Assembly: GCA_964016885.1 (NCBI GenBank)
Contig: OZ024740.1
Coordinates: forward strand, 231,818,001-231,882,000
Length of the DNA stretch: 64,000 nt
Source: Eledone cirrhosa
Lineage: Eukaryota
Reading direction: 5' to 3'
Shown here: one piece after another, positions 13,566 to 24,913 of the stretch
Numbering within the stretch: position 1 is the first letter of the stretch
Layout: each line of letters opens with the position of its first letter
Made by a program: the position numbers and the translations under genes
Notes under the pieces: model-generated
Told to the model about the DNA's origin: nothing
Database searches by the model: none
What the model saw: the letters and a program-made list of their open reading frames with translations, nothing else

Positions 13566-13567
<2 letters not shown>
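9670..13567 (+). mobile_element. Near full-length R4/Dong-clade non-LTR retrotransposon, disrupted
   Basis: Consecutive ORFs carry WSREDNK; RT motifs KSPGKD, NYRPITCL, DYKKAFD, FQGDSLSP and YMDD; the CCHC finger CRVC...HIISMC; RHD; and REL motifs RPDII..D..K..KY. The element ends in (TAA)n. Confidence 0.9.
9834..13422 (+). pseudogene. R4/Dong RT-REL polyprotein, broken by frameshifts, a stop at about 11802 and a deletion at about 12205
   Basis: ORFs 9834-10286, 10387-11127, 11136-11804, 11868-12206 and 12322-13422 are collinear parts of one ORF. Confidence 0.85.
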
Positions 13568-13597
<30 letters not shown>

Positions 13598-13601
<4 letters not shown>

Positions 13602-14296
13602 GGATGCAGCCCATTATGCCGTGTATGCAAAAAACAACCAGAGACCATTAACCATATAATTTCAATGTGCAGTCCTATAGCTCCAACCGAATACCTAAAC
13701 AGGCATGACAGAGCTGCACAATACATACATTGGATAATGTGTAAGCATTTGACCTGCCCCATCAAAAGAATTGGTGGGAGCATCAACCACCTCCTGAACT
13801 TGAAAAAGATCACATCTCAATCTTGTGGAACTTTAGCATCCAAACAGACCGAAAAATAGATGCAAATAGACCTGATATAATATTGAAGGACTTTAAAAAG
13901 AGGGTATGCCTGCTAATTGATATGTCCGTTCCAATAGACAAGAATGTATCTATAAGGACCTGGAGATAGAAATTGGAAAAATGTGGAAATTGAGAACTAA
14001 AACAATACCAGTGGTTGTAGGCGCTCTGGAATGATACCTAAGGGGTCTAATGATTACTTATCGCAAATCCCAGGAAACCCGCGTATAGGAGAAATACAAA
14101 AGATAGTACTAATGGGAACTGCCCATATACTAAGGACGATTCTGTCAATATAAGTACATCACAAGTCTAAACATTAAAGATGCATATGTGAGTATGTATG
14201 TTCTTTCTTGAACATGGCGGACCTTGTTGTCTCTTGAGGTCACTGGTTGTGACTTGGTGATAACTCGTATGAACATAAAGCAAGATAAATGCAACT

Positions 14297-14297
<1 letters not shown>
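13598..14297 (+). mobile_element. Second, 5'-truncated copy of the same R4/Dong family
   Basis: Nearly identical to 12838-13567; flanked by (TAA)n on both sides. Confidence 0.9.
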
Positions 14298-14355
<58 letters not shown>

Positions 14356-14356
<1 letters not shown>

Positions 14357-16010
14357 TCAAGAGAGGTATCTTCCAGGGAGATAGTCTGTCCCCTCTGTTG
14401 TTTGTCCTTGCCCTGATGCCCCTGACCATTATACTGCGAAAAGTGAGAGCAGGATACAAGTTGGGAAAGGGAGAGCTTACCATCAATCACCTCCTCTTCA
14501 TGGACGATCTTAAGCTCTTCGGGAAGAGTGAGAAGGAGTTGGATGTGCTTGTTGACACTGTCCGTATTTTCAGCAATGATATATGTATGCAATTTGGTAT
14601 TAGTAAGTGTGGAGTCCTTGTGATGAAGTGGGGGTAAATTGAGCAGAAGCAACGGAATCCAGGTACCAACAGGTGAGATGATAAAGGAAATTTACACTGA
14701 AGAAGGATACAAGTATTTGGGTGTTCTGGAGGCTGATGACATCAAGAACAAAAAAATGAAGTAATTGATAAGAACTGAATACATTCGGAGAGTAAGGAGC
14801 GTATTAAAGTCACATCTGAACAGTAGGAATGCCATAAGTGCAGTAAATTCCCGAGCTGTGTCTATTATTAGGTACAGTGCGGGAATTCTGAGATGGAATG
14901 TTGCTGAACAAAAAGAAATGGATAGGAAGACTAGGAAGCTATTGATTATCTACAACATGTTCCTCAAGTGGAGTGATGTCGATAGACTCTACTTAAGGAG
15001 ATCTGAAGGTGGAAGAGGTCTTATCAGCATAGAGGACTGTGTTCAGATGGAGAAAAACAACCTACAGAAATACGTGACTGGTAATAAGGAGCCAATGCTC
15101 AGAACTGTACTGAAGGAGAGGACAATAGACCAGGGGATGTCCAAGGAGGAAATAACAAGGAGAAAGAGCAGCCTTCATGAAAAATCCCTTCATAGTACCT
15201 TCTTTGAGAAAACTGAATTCAGAGATCCACAGACATGGAACTGGTTGAAAAGAGGAGACCTTAAAAAGGCTACAGAAAGAATGTTAATGGCTGCGCAAGA
15301 GCAGGCCCTCAAAACGAAGTGGTTGAAACACCATATTTACAAGGTGGAGGCTAGCCCACTGTGTAGGATCTGTGGAGAGAGAGATGAGACTGTGGCTCAC
15401 ATTGTATCCGAGTGTAAACACCTAGCCCAGACTCACTATAAGGGCTGGAGACATGATGTGATGGACAGGGTAATCCACTGGCACCTATGCAAAGTAAACA
15501 ATTTACCACATTCTGAGAAGTGGTATGAGCATAAGCCAGAGTTGGTGATAGAAAACGATCAGGTGAAGGTGCTGTGGGATTTTAGGATACAGACAGACAA
15601 GAAACTGGAACAATAGACCTGACCTGGTGGTTTTGGACAAAGAAAAAAGATCGTGTCTGATTGTGGATGTGGCCTGCCCATTCGACACGAGAGTGCAAGA
15701 GAAGGAGAGGGAGAACATTAATCGATACCAAGACTTAAATTGGGAGGTAAAAAGGATTTGAAACTGCCATGAAGTCAAAGTAGTACCGATTGTCATAGGC
15801 GCACTAGGTACTATCTCAAAAAGTTTCCAGGGATGGTTAAAGAAAATTGGCCCCGCCCCGCTTTTTGGAACGCCTCAAAAGGCATGCTTGCTGGGAACAG
15901 CAAGAACCCTCCGATACGTCCTGAATATCTGAGGCTGCAGGTAGTGGCTTGATATTCATTTCAACAAACTTTCCAGTTAAATAACATCAATGACTGAGAC
16001 TCAAAGAACA
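14356..16010 (+). mobile_element. 5'-truncated copy of a second R4/Dong family
   Basis: Carries RGIFQGDSLSP, FMDD, CRICGERDETVAHIVSEC, RHD and RPDLV motifs; ends in (TAA)n. Confidence 0.9.
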
Positions 16011-16041
16011 ATAATAATAATAATAATAATAAAAATAATAA

Positions 16042-16228
16042 TTGTTTCTACTTTTGGCACAAGGCCAGCAATTACTCAGTTCATTACTGGTACTTTATTT
16101 TATCGACCCGGTAAGGATGAAAGGCAAAGTTAACCTCGACGGAATTTGAACTCAGACCGTAAAGGGACGTAACTATGCTGGAAAGCATGGCGTCCGACCC
16201 TCTACCGATACTGCCAATTCACCGCCTT
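16042..16228 (-). mobile_element. tRNA-derived SINE (family 1)
   Basis: Reverse complement has an A-box-like TGGCAGTATCGG, a B box GAGTTCAAATTC, the shared core CTTTCATCCTTAC..GTCGATAAAATAAAGTACCAG and the tail GCCTTGTGCCAAAAGTAGAAACAATTATT. Confidence 0.85.
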
Positions 16229-16285
16229 ATTAATTAAAAAAAAAAAAAAAAAAAATAATAATAAGAAGAACAACAACAACAACAA

Positions 16286-16915
16286 AAAATGAAGGAATTA
16301 ATAAGATCCAAGTACATTAGGAGAGTAAGGAGCGTATTAAAATCACATCTAAATAGGAATGTCATAAGAGCAGTGAATTCCCGAGCTGTGTCTATTATTA
16401 GGTATAGTGCGGGAATTCTGAAATGGAATGTTGCTGAACAAAAAGAAATGGATAGGAAGACTAGGAAGCTAATGACTATCTACAACACGTTCCACAAGAG
16501 GAATAATGTCGATAGACTCTACTTAAAGAGATCTGAAGGTGGAACAGGTCTTATCAGCATAGCGGACTGTGTTCAGATAGAGAAAAAAACCTGCTCAAAT
16601 ACGTGACTGACAGTAGGGAACCAATGCTCAAAATTGTACTGAAGGAGAGGACAATAGACCAGGGTATATCCAAGGAAGAAATAACAACAAGGAAGAAGAG
16701 TAACCTTAATGAAAAATCCTTTCATAGTACCTTCTTTAAGAAAACTGAATTTAGAGATCCACAGACATGGAACTGGTAAAAAAGAGGAGACCTTAAAAAG
16801 GCTACAGAAGGAATGCTAATGGCTGCGCAAAAGCAGGCCCTCAGAACGAAGTGGGTGAAACACCATATTTACAAGGAGGAAGCTAGCCCACTGTGTAGGA
16901 TCTGTGGAGAGAGAG

Positions 16916-16980
<65 letters not shown>

Positions 16981-17600
16981 CTGTGGCTCACATTGTATCC
17001 GAGTGTAAACACCTAGCCCAGACCCACTATAAAGGCTGGAGAGATGATGTGATAGGCAGGGTGATCCACTGGCACCTACGCAAAGTAAACAATTACCACA
17101 TTCTGAGAAGTGGTATGAGCATAAGCCAGAGTCGGTGATAGAAAACGATCAGGTGAAGGTGCTGTGGGATTTTAGGATACAGACGGACAAAAAATTAGAA
17201 CACAATAGGCCTGACCTGGTGGTTTTGGACAAGGAGAAAAGATCGTGCCTGATTGTAGATGTATCCTGCCCATTTGACACGAGAGTGAAAGAAAAGGAGA
17301 GGGAGAAAATTAACCGATACCAGGACTTAAATTGCGAGGTAAAAAGCATTTGGAACTGCCATGAAGTCAGGGTCGTCCCGATTGTCACAGGCGCACTAGG
17401 TACTATCTCAAAGAGTTTCCAAGGATGGTTAAAGAAGATTAGTCCAGCCCCGCTTTTTGGAACACTTCAAAAGGCATGCTTGCTGGGAACAGCAAGAACA
17501 CTCCGATACGTCCTGAATATCTGAGGCTGCAGGTAGCGGCTTGATATTCATTTCAACAAACTTTCCAGTTAAATAACATCAATGACTGAGACTCAAAGAA
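16286..17600 (+). mobile_element. Another 5'-truncated copy of the second R4/Dong family, with an internal (GA)n expansion
   Basis: Collinear with 14750-16010; ends in (TAA)n then (GAA)n. Confidence 0.9.
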
Positions 17601-18087
17601 TAACAATAATAATAATAATAGAAGAAGAAGAAGAAGAAGAAGAAGAAGAAGAAGAAGAAGAAGATGAAGAAGAAGAAAAATTGGAAAATAGATACAAAAA
17701 AGCAAATAGAAGTTAAAACAAAATAGATATAAAGATAAAATAGACAAGTAAAAAATGGAATTGATATAAAATAACGCAATATTCAAAATCAGTTTATAGT
17801 TAGGCGAGATTGAAACTGTGTCGTAGGGGATTAATAATTTCTGTTTAATCACTGGTGGAATGTCAGATAATATCTATTTCACCAAAAAGGAATAAACTAA
17901 TAACGTTACTTTGATGCCGTTTCTCGTACAATAGGCTCCATTGTGTATTGATGATAATATGTGTATAGCATATCAGTCAGTATGGCAGACATTTTAGTGT
18001 AGCACTAAGTCATATCATCGGTGTTTTTAAGCCCTCTGTGGCAGCAATACCCGACACACCTCATTTATGTACCTATTCTTATGACTG

Positions 18088-18088
<1 letters not shown>

Positions 18089-18159
<71 letters not shown>

Positions 18160-18170
18160 GGGGGGGGGGG
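18089..18170. repeat. (TA)n(GA)n(G)n microsatellite
   Basis: Seen directly. Confidence 0.95.
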
Positions 18171-18261
18171 TAACGTGCTGTTACTGTAGGCTCACCTAAG
18201 TGAGCACTCGTTGTGTAGTTCCCCCGTCTCTAACGAGATGTAGAACTAAACAGAGTGTAAA

Positions 18262-18510
18262 TATAATAATAAAAATACAAATTGTTATGCTTTCATTACG
18301 TTTATTGAGTGGTGACGCGTGTTTCGCTATTGATAAGGTTCGATCTGTATGGATCTGGCCCGACCCTGGAACCAAAAGCTCATAGAGCTCCGACGAGCTT
18401 TTGATTCCAGAGTCGGGCCAGATTGAACCTTCAGCTGATCAATAACGAAACGCGCATCACCATTCAATAAACGTAATGAAGGCATAACAATTTGACCTTT
18501 TATTATTATG
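18262..18510. mobile_element. Inverted pair of PLE pseudo-LTR fragments, each with a hammerhead-like motif (family B)
   Basis: 18262-18383 is the approximate reverse complement of 18390-18510; both match 57767-57890 and 60598-60730. Confidence 0.75.
18390..18461 (+). ncRNA. Hammerhead-like motif with U4C core and long stem II (family B)
   Basis: CCGACGA GCTTTTGATT...GATCAATAAC GAAA CGCGCA TC ACC. Confidence 0.55.
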
Positions 18511-18518
18511 ATGTATAT

Positions 18519-18737
18519 AAGGCGGTGGTTTGGCAGTATCAGAAGACGGTCGGACACCATGCTGTGCAGCATAGAGTTACGTCCCTTTAAGATCTGAGTT
18601 CAAATCCCGTCGAGGTTAACTCTCCCTTTCATACTTCCGGGGTTGATAAAATAAAGTACCAGTCACGCACTGGGGTCGATTTAATCGACTTTCCCCTTCC
18701 CCAAAATTGCTGGCCTTGTGCCTATATAAGAGACCAT
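18519..18737 (+). mobile_element. tRNA-derived SINE (family 1)
   Basis: A/B boxes, shared core and tail, followed by (ATT)n. Confidence 0.85.
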
Positions 18738-18859
18738 TATTATTATTATTATTATTGAGTCTGAATGCTCGTCTTTTTGCTCGCTCCAGTAAGTTCACTT
18801 ATTTACCTATAAAAACTGATTTATTGAATTTTTGTTGTTGTGTAAGGCATACAAGCCCT

Positions 18860-21259
18860 CGGACTTTGCCCTGCGAAGGGGGAGAATAATATTTGGGCCT
18901 TTTGGTCCAAATTTTTGAACTTTTTTTACATTTTAAAAAATTATCGAGAGAAAAAACCCCCCAAAAAACATGGCTGAGCCACGCCCCCCAGAGATATGTC
19001 TGCTGTCGTGCGGCAATGACGTACGAGTTGAGAGGAGCGCTACAGCGAAATTAACACATATTTATAACACAAACACCACCACAAACAAGGTAAACAAAGA
19101 CACCAATGATACCAACGAGAACTCTAATTTTGAAAAAAATGACAGTAACAGAGACAACGAAAATACAGATAACAAAAAAAAAAAAATGACAAATGCAACA
19201 ACAATATCAACACCCCTAACATGAAAACAAATAGCGTCAACACCAACAGCAACAATACCAACTGCACCGAGAACAACGGTGGTACCAAAGACAACAATGA
19301 TAACAGCGACAGTGATAACAACAATACCAACAAGAACAACGACAACAACACCCCCAACGAAAACAAGAAGAACACTTTCGCTCCGGCAGCAGCAAAAAGG
19401 AGGCTATGCTTCAACATGGATCTCTCAAACAAAGATGAAAAGTTGGCCCAGGCATGGAAGCTCATCAAGCAAGAGCAAACCTGGGCCAACTTAACTGTCC
19501 CGGTAGAAGCTATTGAGGCAGTGGAGCGCAGAATGGTGCATTATAGATGCATCTCAGCACAAACCAAAAGGGCAGCTTTAATCCCACAAGCAGATGTCGA
19601 AGTTGCGATGAGGTGCATCAGAGAAGACACCGAATACATAGCGAGGGGAAGACAGTACGGCACCACTTCGGTGCTGTTCAAGTCAGAAGCCCTCGCTATG
19701 AAGCACGCTATGACTCCTTGCAAAACCAGCAAGATCATGTACCCCTCCCACATGGAAAAAAGAACGGCCCGTCTCCGCATTCCCAGAATCCTACCAGGAC
19801 TTGACATGTGGTGGCTTCTGGGATGTGTGATTGTGGAGGGGTCGGATACCGTCCCGATAGAAGTGACCAGAACGGCCAGAGAGGACTGGTCCGGGGTTGA
19901 CCTGGAGATCCTTCTCCAGATCAAAAGGCCGCAATGTTTTGTTTGTGTGGAAAAAACTCATTTGCGAGCCTTCTGCCCTTAACTGCTGAAAGATGCAAGG
20001 GGTCGAAAGGCTCCACTGCTGCCGACGCCGGGGCGAGGACCACAACCAACACCAGCACCGGCAAAACCACCAACAACAACACCAATAGAAAGACCACCAC
20101 CAACATTGACCACCCAGGTGGGAAACGAGGAAAGCTCTCAAATCCCCCCCCCCCCCCCCAAAAAAAAATACACACATCAATAAAAACATAAACACACACA
20201 GACACACTTACAGACACAGACCCCTCATTCGGTCTTTGACGGAGCGAGGCGGACACGAGCTGAGCGATTCCAAGCGGATGTGTAAAGCCTTTCGCCAACA
20301 TTTTGCTCGGTTGTTCGGGGGAAGTGGGGGGTAAGAGACGGTGGCGGACGGGCCTTTCCGCAGCTGTAGTCCTGGGTCAAGAAGAGACCGAGACTGGGTG
20401 ACTGGCATCTGGAATGTTGCCAGGCACTCACTGCCCTCTACCAGGCGGGCAATGCGGTCAGTGGAACTTTCACTCTCGAGTTTTATAGAGTATTAGTGGT
20501 GGGCAAGTGCGACGACGCACTCGGAGAGGCTCTGGGAGTCGACGAAGTCGAACTAACCAGTCTGTTTCGGAGGACTTTTGAGCCCGGGATGATGGATAAT
20601 TTCCAAAAATCCCTCGCTTGGCAGTGATACCGGGGGGGGGGGGGGGCACTGCCGGTTCGAGATAAACTCTATAGGCACGGGAGTGCTGTCAGACGGACCT
20701 GCCCAAGATGCGCACAGAGCGACGAAACCGTTCCGCACGCACTCGTCCAATGTCCGTGCATTACTGACCTGTGAAGTTATGTCGAACATCTGTTGTCGCG
20801 TGTAAAACGGATCCGGCTATCGGCCGAGTCCATAGTGAAGATCGACCCGCCGCCTTCTTTTGGCCAGGAAGGGCAGGAAATTTTCCTCTGTCTGGAGGCA
20901 GTAGCGAAAGAGGTTGTATGGTGGACCAGATTAAAAGGACTGAAGACAGACACTTTTCTCTTTGGCCAATCCCTCAACAACTTCTTCAAGTTTCACTTGG
21001 AAAGGAAGGTGAGGTGCTGCCCCCCCCCCCCCCCAGTACATATACTGAAAGGTGGGTGAATGTGGCGAGAATGGCCCGTATGAGTGGGCCTACTCTGGTC
21101 ATGCGCCTGTAGGTGGATAAATTGGGAATTTTTCTTGTAATTTTCTTGTTTCTTTGTTATTGTTATTCATATTGTTTATTCGATTTATCTGTAAAACCCC
21201 ACTGTCCCAGTCTTTTGTATTGTTCTCTATATGTCGGCCCTTGGGGCCAATACATGAAA

Positions 21260-21261
<2 letters not shown>
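18860..21261 (+). mobile_element. Internally deleted L1/Tx1-clade LINE (ORF1 plus ORF2 C-terminus and 3' UTR)
   Basis: ORF 19221-19982 is homologous to ORF1 at 7-8 kb (RGRQYGT; CFVCVEKTHLRAFCP); the 3' part matches 50-51 kb; ends in (ATT)n. Confidence 0.8.
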
Positions 21262-21309
<48 letters not shown>

Positions 21310-21489
21310 TGTATGTGTGTATGTATATACACACACACACACATACACTTATTCCTCGAGCTGACCGATCGCGAAACCCATGTCATGTGTGAACACACAT
21401 TGATGTTATATTGATACTTCGTTCCTGCTCCTTAATATTATTAACACCCTGCTTCTTAAGGAAACCGATAATGGTGAAGAAAGAGATTC

Positions 21490-23425
21490 CCCACAATATT
21501 TCGGCCGAAGGACATATATTTGACCTTTAATTTTTATTTTTGACGTTTAAATAATGGACGATGTACGCACGCTCACATTGAACCGGCTGACACCTGGACT
21601 TGACTCAAGTGTAGAGATGGGCATCACCGTCACCAGTGTTACCACTGCCATCACTGCAGACAGCAAAGCCACCGTTGCCGGCAACAACAACAACAACCAG
21701 AAGCAGCAGCAATAAAATAAACAGCAAATCAAATGGCAGCGACGATTGCGTCAACAACAACATCAACAACAACAGCAACAATAGCGGCAGGAGCAACGGC
21801 AATAGTGACAACAGCAGCAGCAGAGGCAACGACATTAGAAAAACAACAACAACAACAACACCACCAAAAACAGCAGCAACAGCATGAACAACAGCAGCAA
21901 CACATTTGCGGCCACAACTGCAAAAGCGCAAGAAATGTTCACCATGGACATCACGGACAAAGAAACACGTTTGGCCCAGGCAGTCAAACTGATTAAAAAA
22001 GAGAAAACATGGGCCAACCTAAGTGTTCCAGCCTTGCTAGTGGCATAAATGGAGAGGAGAACTTTAAAGTATAGATGTATTTCGGTAAAATCGAGAAAAG
22101 GAAATTCGGCACCTCAATCCCATGCTGGACATTGAACACATAGTAAAGGCCAAACAGTTTCGTACTATCATGGTGCTATTCATAACGGAGACCCTTGCTA
22201 CAAAACACTCTGTGGTATCATGCAAAACTGACTAAGTAATTATGTGTCCATGTTACATGGGTAGAAGAACTACGAAAGTCTGCATCCCTACGACCCACCA
22301 GGATTGGACTGATGGTTGCTCCTGAGATGTGTTGTAGTGGAGAAAGAACTGATCCGGGACTAGTTCGTAGATTCTTCTCCAAATCAAACCAGAAGACCTG
22401 AAGAACAACCCAGACCATGTTCGCCTTCCGGACGGGTCAGAAATCTCTAGACTAACCAGTCAACATGGCTGTTATAAGAGCAGGATGCATACATGTTAGT
22501 AGCCTGGGGTCACCCTGGAAGCAAAGTCGCTTGCTGAACGACCTCAGGTCACTACATATGGATGTGACTGCCGTTTGCGTACCAAGATTTCCGACATACA
22601 ACACCATCCCCCGTTTTCAGAACAATGAGATCTTCGCATCCCTTAGTCGGCCTGGAATGAGAGGCGATGTCGCAGTGTTGTTTAGCAAAGGCCTGAATCT
22701 CGAGGTACGGATGATCTTCCTGCACCTCGACGTGAGCAATAGCGAAGGCAGTACCTACAGACGGGCGGCCGTATATGATCCAACTGGGGCTGGACGGTCT
22801 GACATCTTCAGGTGTCTGGAAGCCTTCCTATGAAGATCTCGCCCTTTACTGTTAGCGAGGGACTGGAACGGCATCTTGGATGCACACTGAGACTGAATGT
22901 GAGTAGCTGATAGAAGCGGGCTGTGCAAAAGCCTCAAGAACCTAATCAGACAGTTCCAACTGTCTGACCAGTATCGACTAGATGTCCCTAATACGTCAGT
23001 GTGGACCTGGTCCAATCATATGGTCCAATCACATGGAGTTATCTAGATAGTATTTAGATAGGTGTTTGTTTAAGTTAGCTTATAGAATGTACACAATTCA
23101 AGTAGTCGCCTATACAAACCACAAATTGTGGTCAAAGTAAATAGAACACGTAGACAGGAACCCGTTTACTCGAAGTTTAATATGCGTTTCCCAGCTCGTA
23201 AACATTCAGCGACCGGATTAAATCATTAGTTAAGCTCCAGGTTATAACGACAGTCCTCGACAATAGATGATGGGGTGCTCTCTTGAGAGAGGGGAGAGTT
23301 GAATCAATACCAGTTACTGAATAAGTAGGGTTAACGATTTACAAGGAAAAACCCAAACTCTGTCGAATTGTACCGCCTTTATACTTGGCTTAATGTCAAC
23401 CCTGTGTGGCTAATAAAGAAGCCAT
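21490..23425 (+). mobile_element. Older degenerate L1/Tx1 copy: ORF1 remnant, APE endonuclease remnant and short 3' end
   Basis: FTMDITDKETRLAQAVKLIKKEKTWANL; 22465-22833 gives MAVIRAGCIHVSSLGSPWKQSRLLNDLRS; tail CCCTGTGTGGCTAATAAAGAAG. Confidence 0.7.
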
Positions 23426-23433
23426 TTTTATTA

Positions 23434-24038
23434 TTTGACAGTGTCGGTAAAGCGTCGGACTCCATGATTTGCAGCATAGAGTTATGATCCTTTATGATCC
23501 GCATTCAAACTTTGCTTTTCATCCTGACGAGGTCGATAAAATAAAGTACCAGTGATGCAGTGCGGGTCGATTTAACTGACTTCCCCTCCCCCAAAATTGC
23601 TGGCCTTGTGCTTATATAAGAAACAATTATTAATTGACAGTATCGGTAGAACGTCAGACTACATTCTTTCCAGCATAGAGTTGCGATCCTTTATATTCTG
23701 GTTTCAAATCTTGCCGAGATTAGCTATGCCTTTCATCCTCACGGGCTCCATATAACAACGTACCAGTAACGCACTGGAGTTACTTGAATTAACTTTCCCT
23801 TCCACCAAAATTGTCGGCCTTGGGTCTAACTCAGAATCCATTATTACTGCGGTGGATTGGCAGTATCGTTAGAGGGTCGGACGCCATGTTTTCCAGCATA
23901 GTTAAGTCCATTTACGGCCTGAGTTCAAATCCCGCCGAGGTTAACTTTGCCTTTCATCCTTACGGGGGTCGATAAAATAAAGTACCAGTAATACACTGGG
24001 ATAATTGCTGGCCTTGTGCCAAAAGTAGAAACAATTAT
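23434..24038 (+). mobile_element. Head-to-tail cluster of three SINE family 1 copies
   Basis: Head-core-tail units start at about 23434, 23633 and 23850 and are separated only by short ATT runs. Confidence 0.8.
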
Positions 24039-24039
24039 T

Positions 24040-24115
24040 ACTGTAGTAGAAGCAGCAGTAGCATTAGTCGTGGTAGTAGTAGTAGTAGTAGTAGTAGCAG
24101 CAGTAGCAACAACAA

Positions 24116-24154
<39 letters not shown>

Positions 24155-24208
24155 TAGCAGCAGTAGCAACAACAACAGCAGCAGCAGCAGTAGTAGTAGT
24201 AGTAGTAT
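24040..24208. repeat. (GTA)n/(GCA)n compound repeat
   Basis: Seen directly. Confidence 0.9.
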
Positions 24209-24358
24209 TATGGCAGAGTTATTAGAACATCGTATAGAGTGCTTTTGCGTCATTCGTTCCGGCTCTCGTCTCTCTAAGTTCAAATCCTATCGAAGTCAAC
24301 TTTCCCTTTCGTCCATTCGAGGTCGATAAAAAGTACCAGTCAAGTACTAGGGTCGATC
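24209..24358 (+). mobile_element. Degenerate SINE family 1 copy
   Basis: GTTCAAATCC B box and GTCGATAAAAAGTACCAG core. Confidence 0.7.
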
Positions 24359-24567
24359 CTTCCTCTATATCACTTTCTTACTCCCTTTCTCTCACTATCT
24401 ATCCTCCTCAGGAAGAAATATGCTGTAATCAGGCCTGAGGAGGTGATGGACTTCGCCAGGTTTAAATATTCCATAAGAAACGCCGCATGTCAATATAGCG
24501 CTCTACGACCCCCTTAGGGGTTATGTGTTCATACCAGTAGTAGTAGTAGTTATAGTAGTAGTAATAT

Positions 24568-24615
<48 letters not shown>

Positions 24616-24807
24616 CAGCAGTAGCATCTTTAGTCGGCTATTTTTAGTCATGAATTCAATAATGGGGCACTTTAGTGTCTTTGAAATATATGACCGACGA
24701 CCAGCATTCACCCGTAACTATCACCACCAATTCACACGTACACACACTCAACCATATACATATGTACACGCATACTTTCATTCCTGCCAATGCATATGAT
24801 CCTTTCG

Positions 24808-24913
<106 letters not shown>

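Noticed and set aside
18845-18890. Twister-like loop AGG-CATACAAGC-CCT at the Tx1 5' end
   Set aside because: The P1/P2 arms and pseudoknot partners are missing, and it is not conserved in the other two Tx1 5' ends
24430-24492. CTGAGGAG...ATGGA/TCCAT...GAAAC hammerhead-like string
   Set aside because: Stems I and III cannot be formed convincingly; at best a decayed copy
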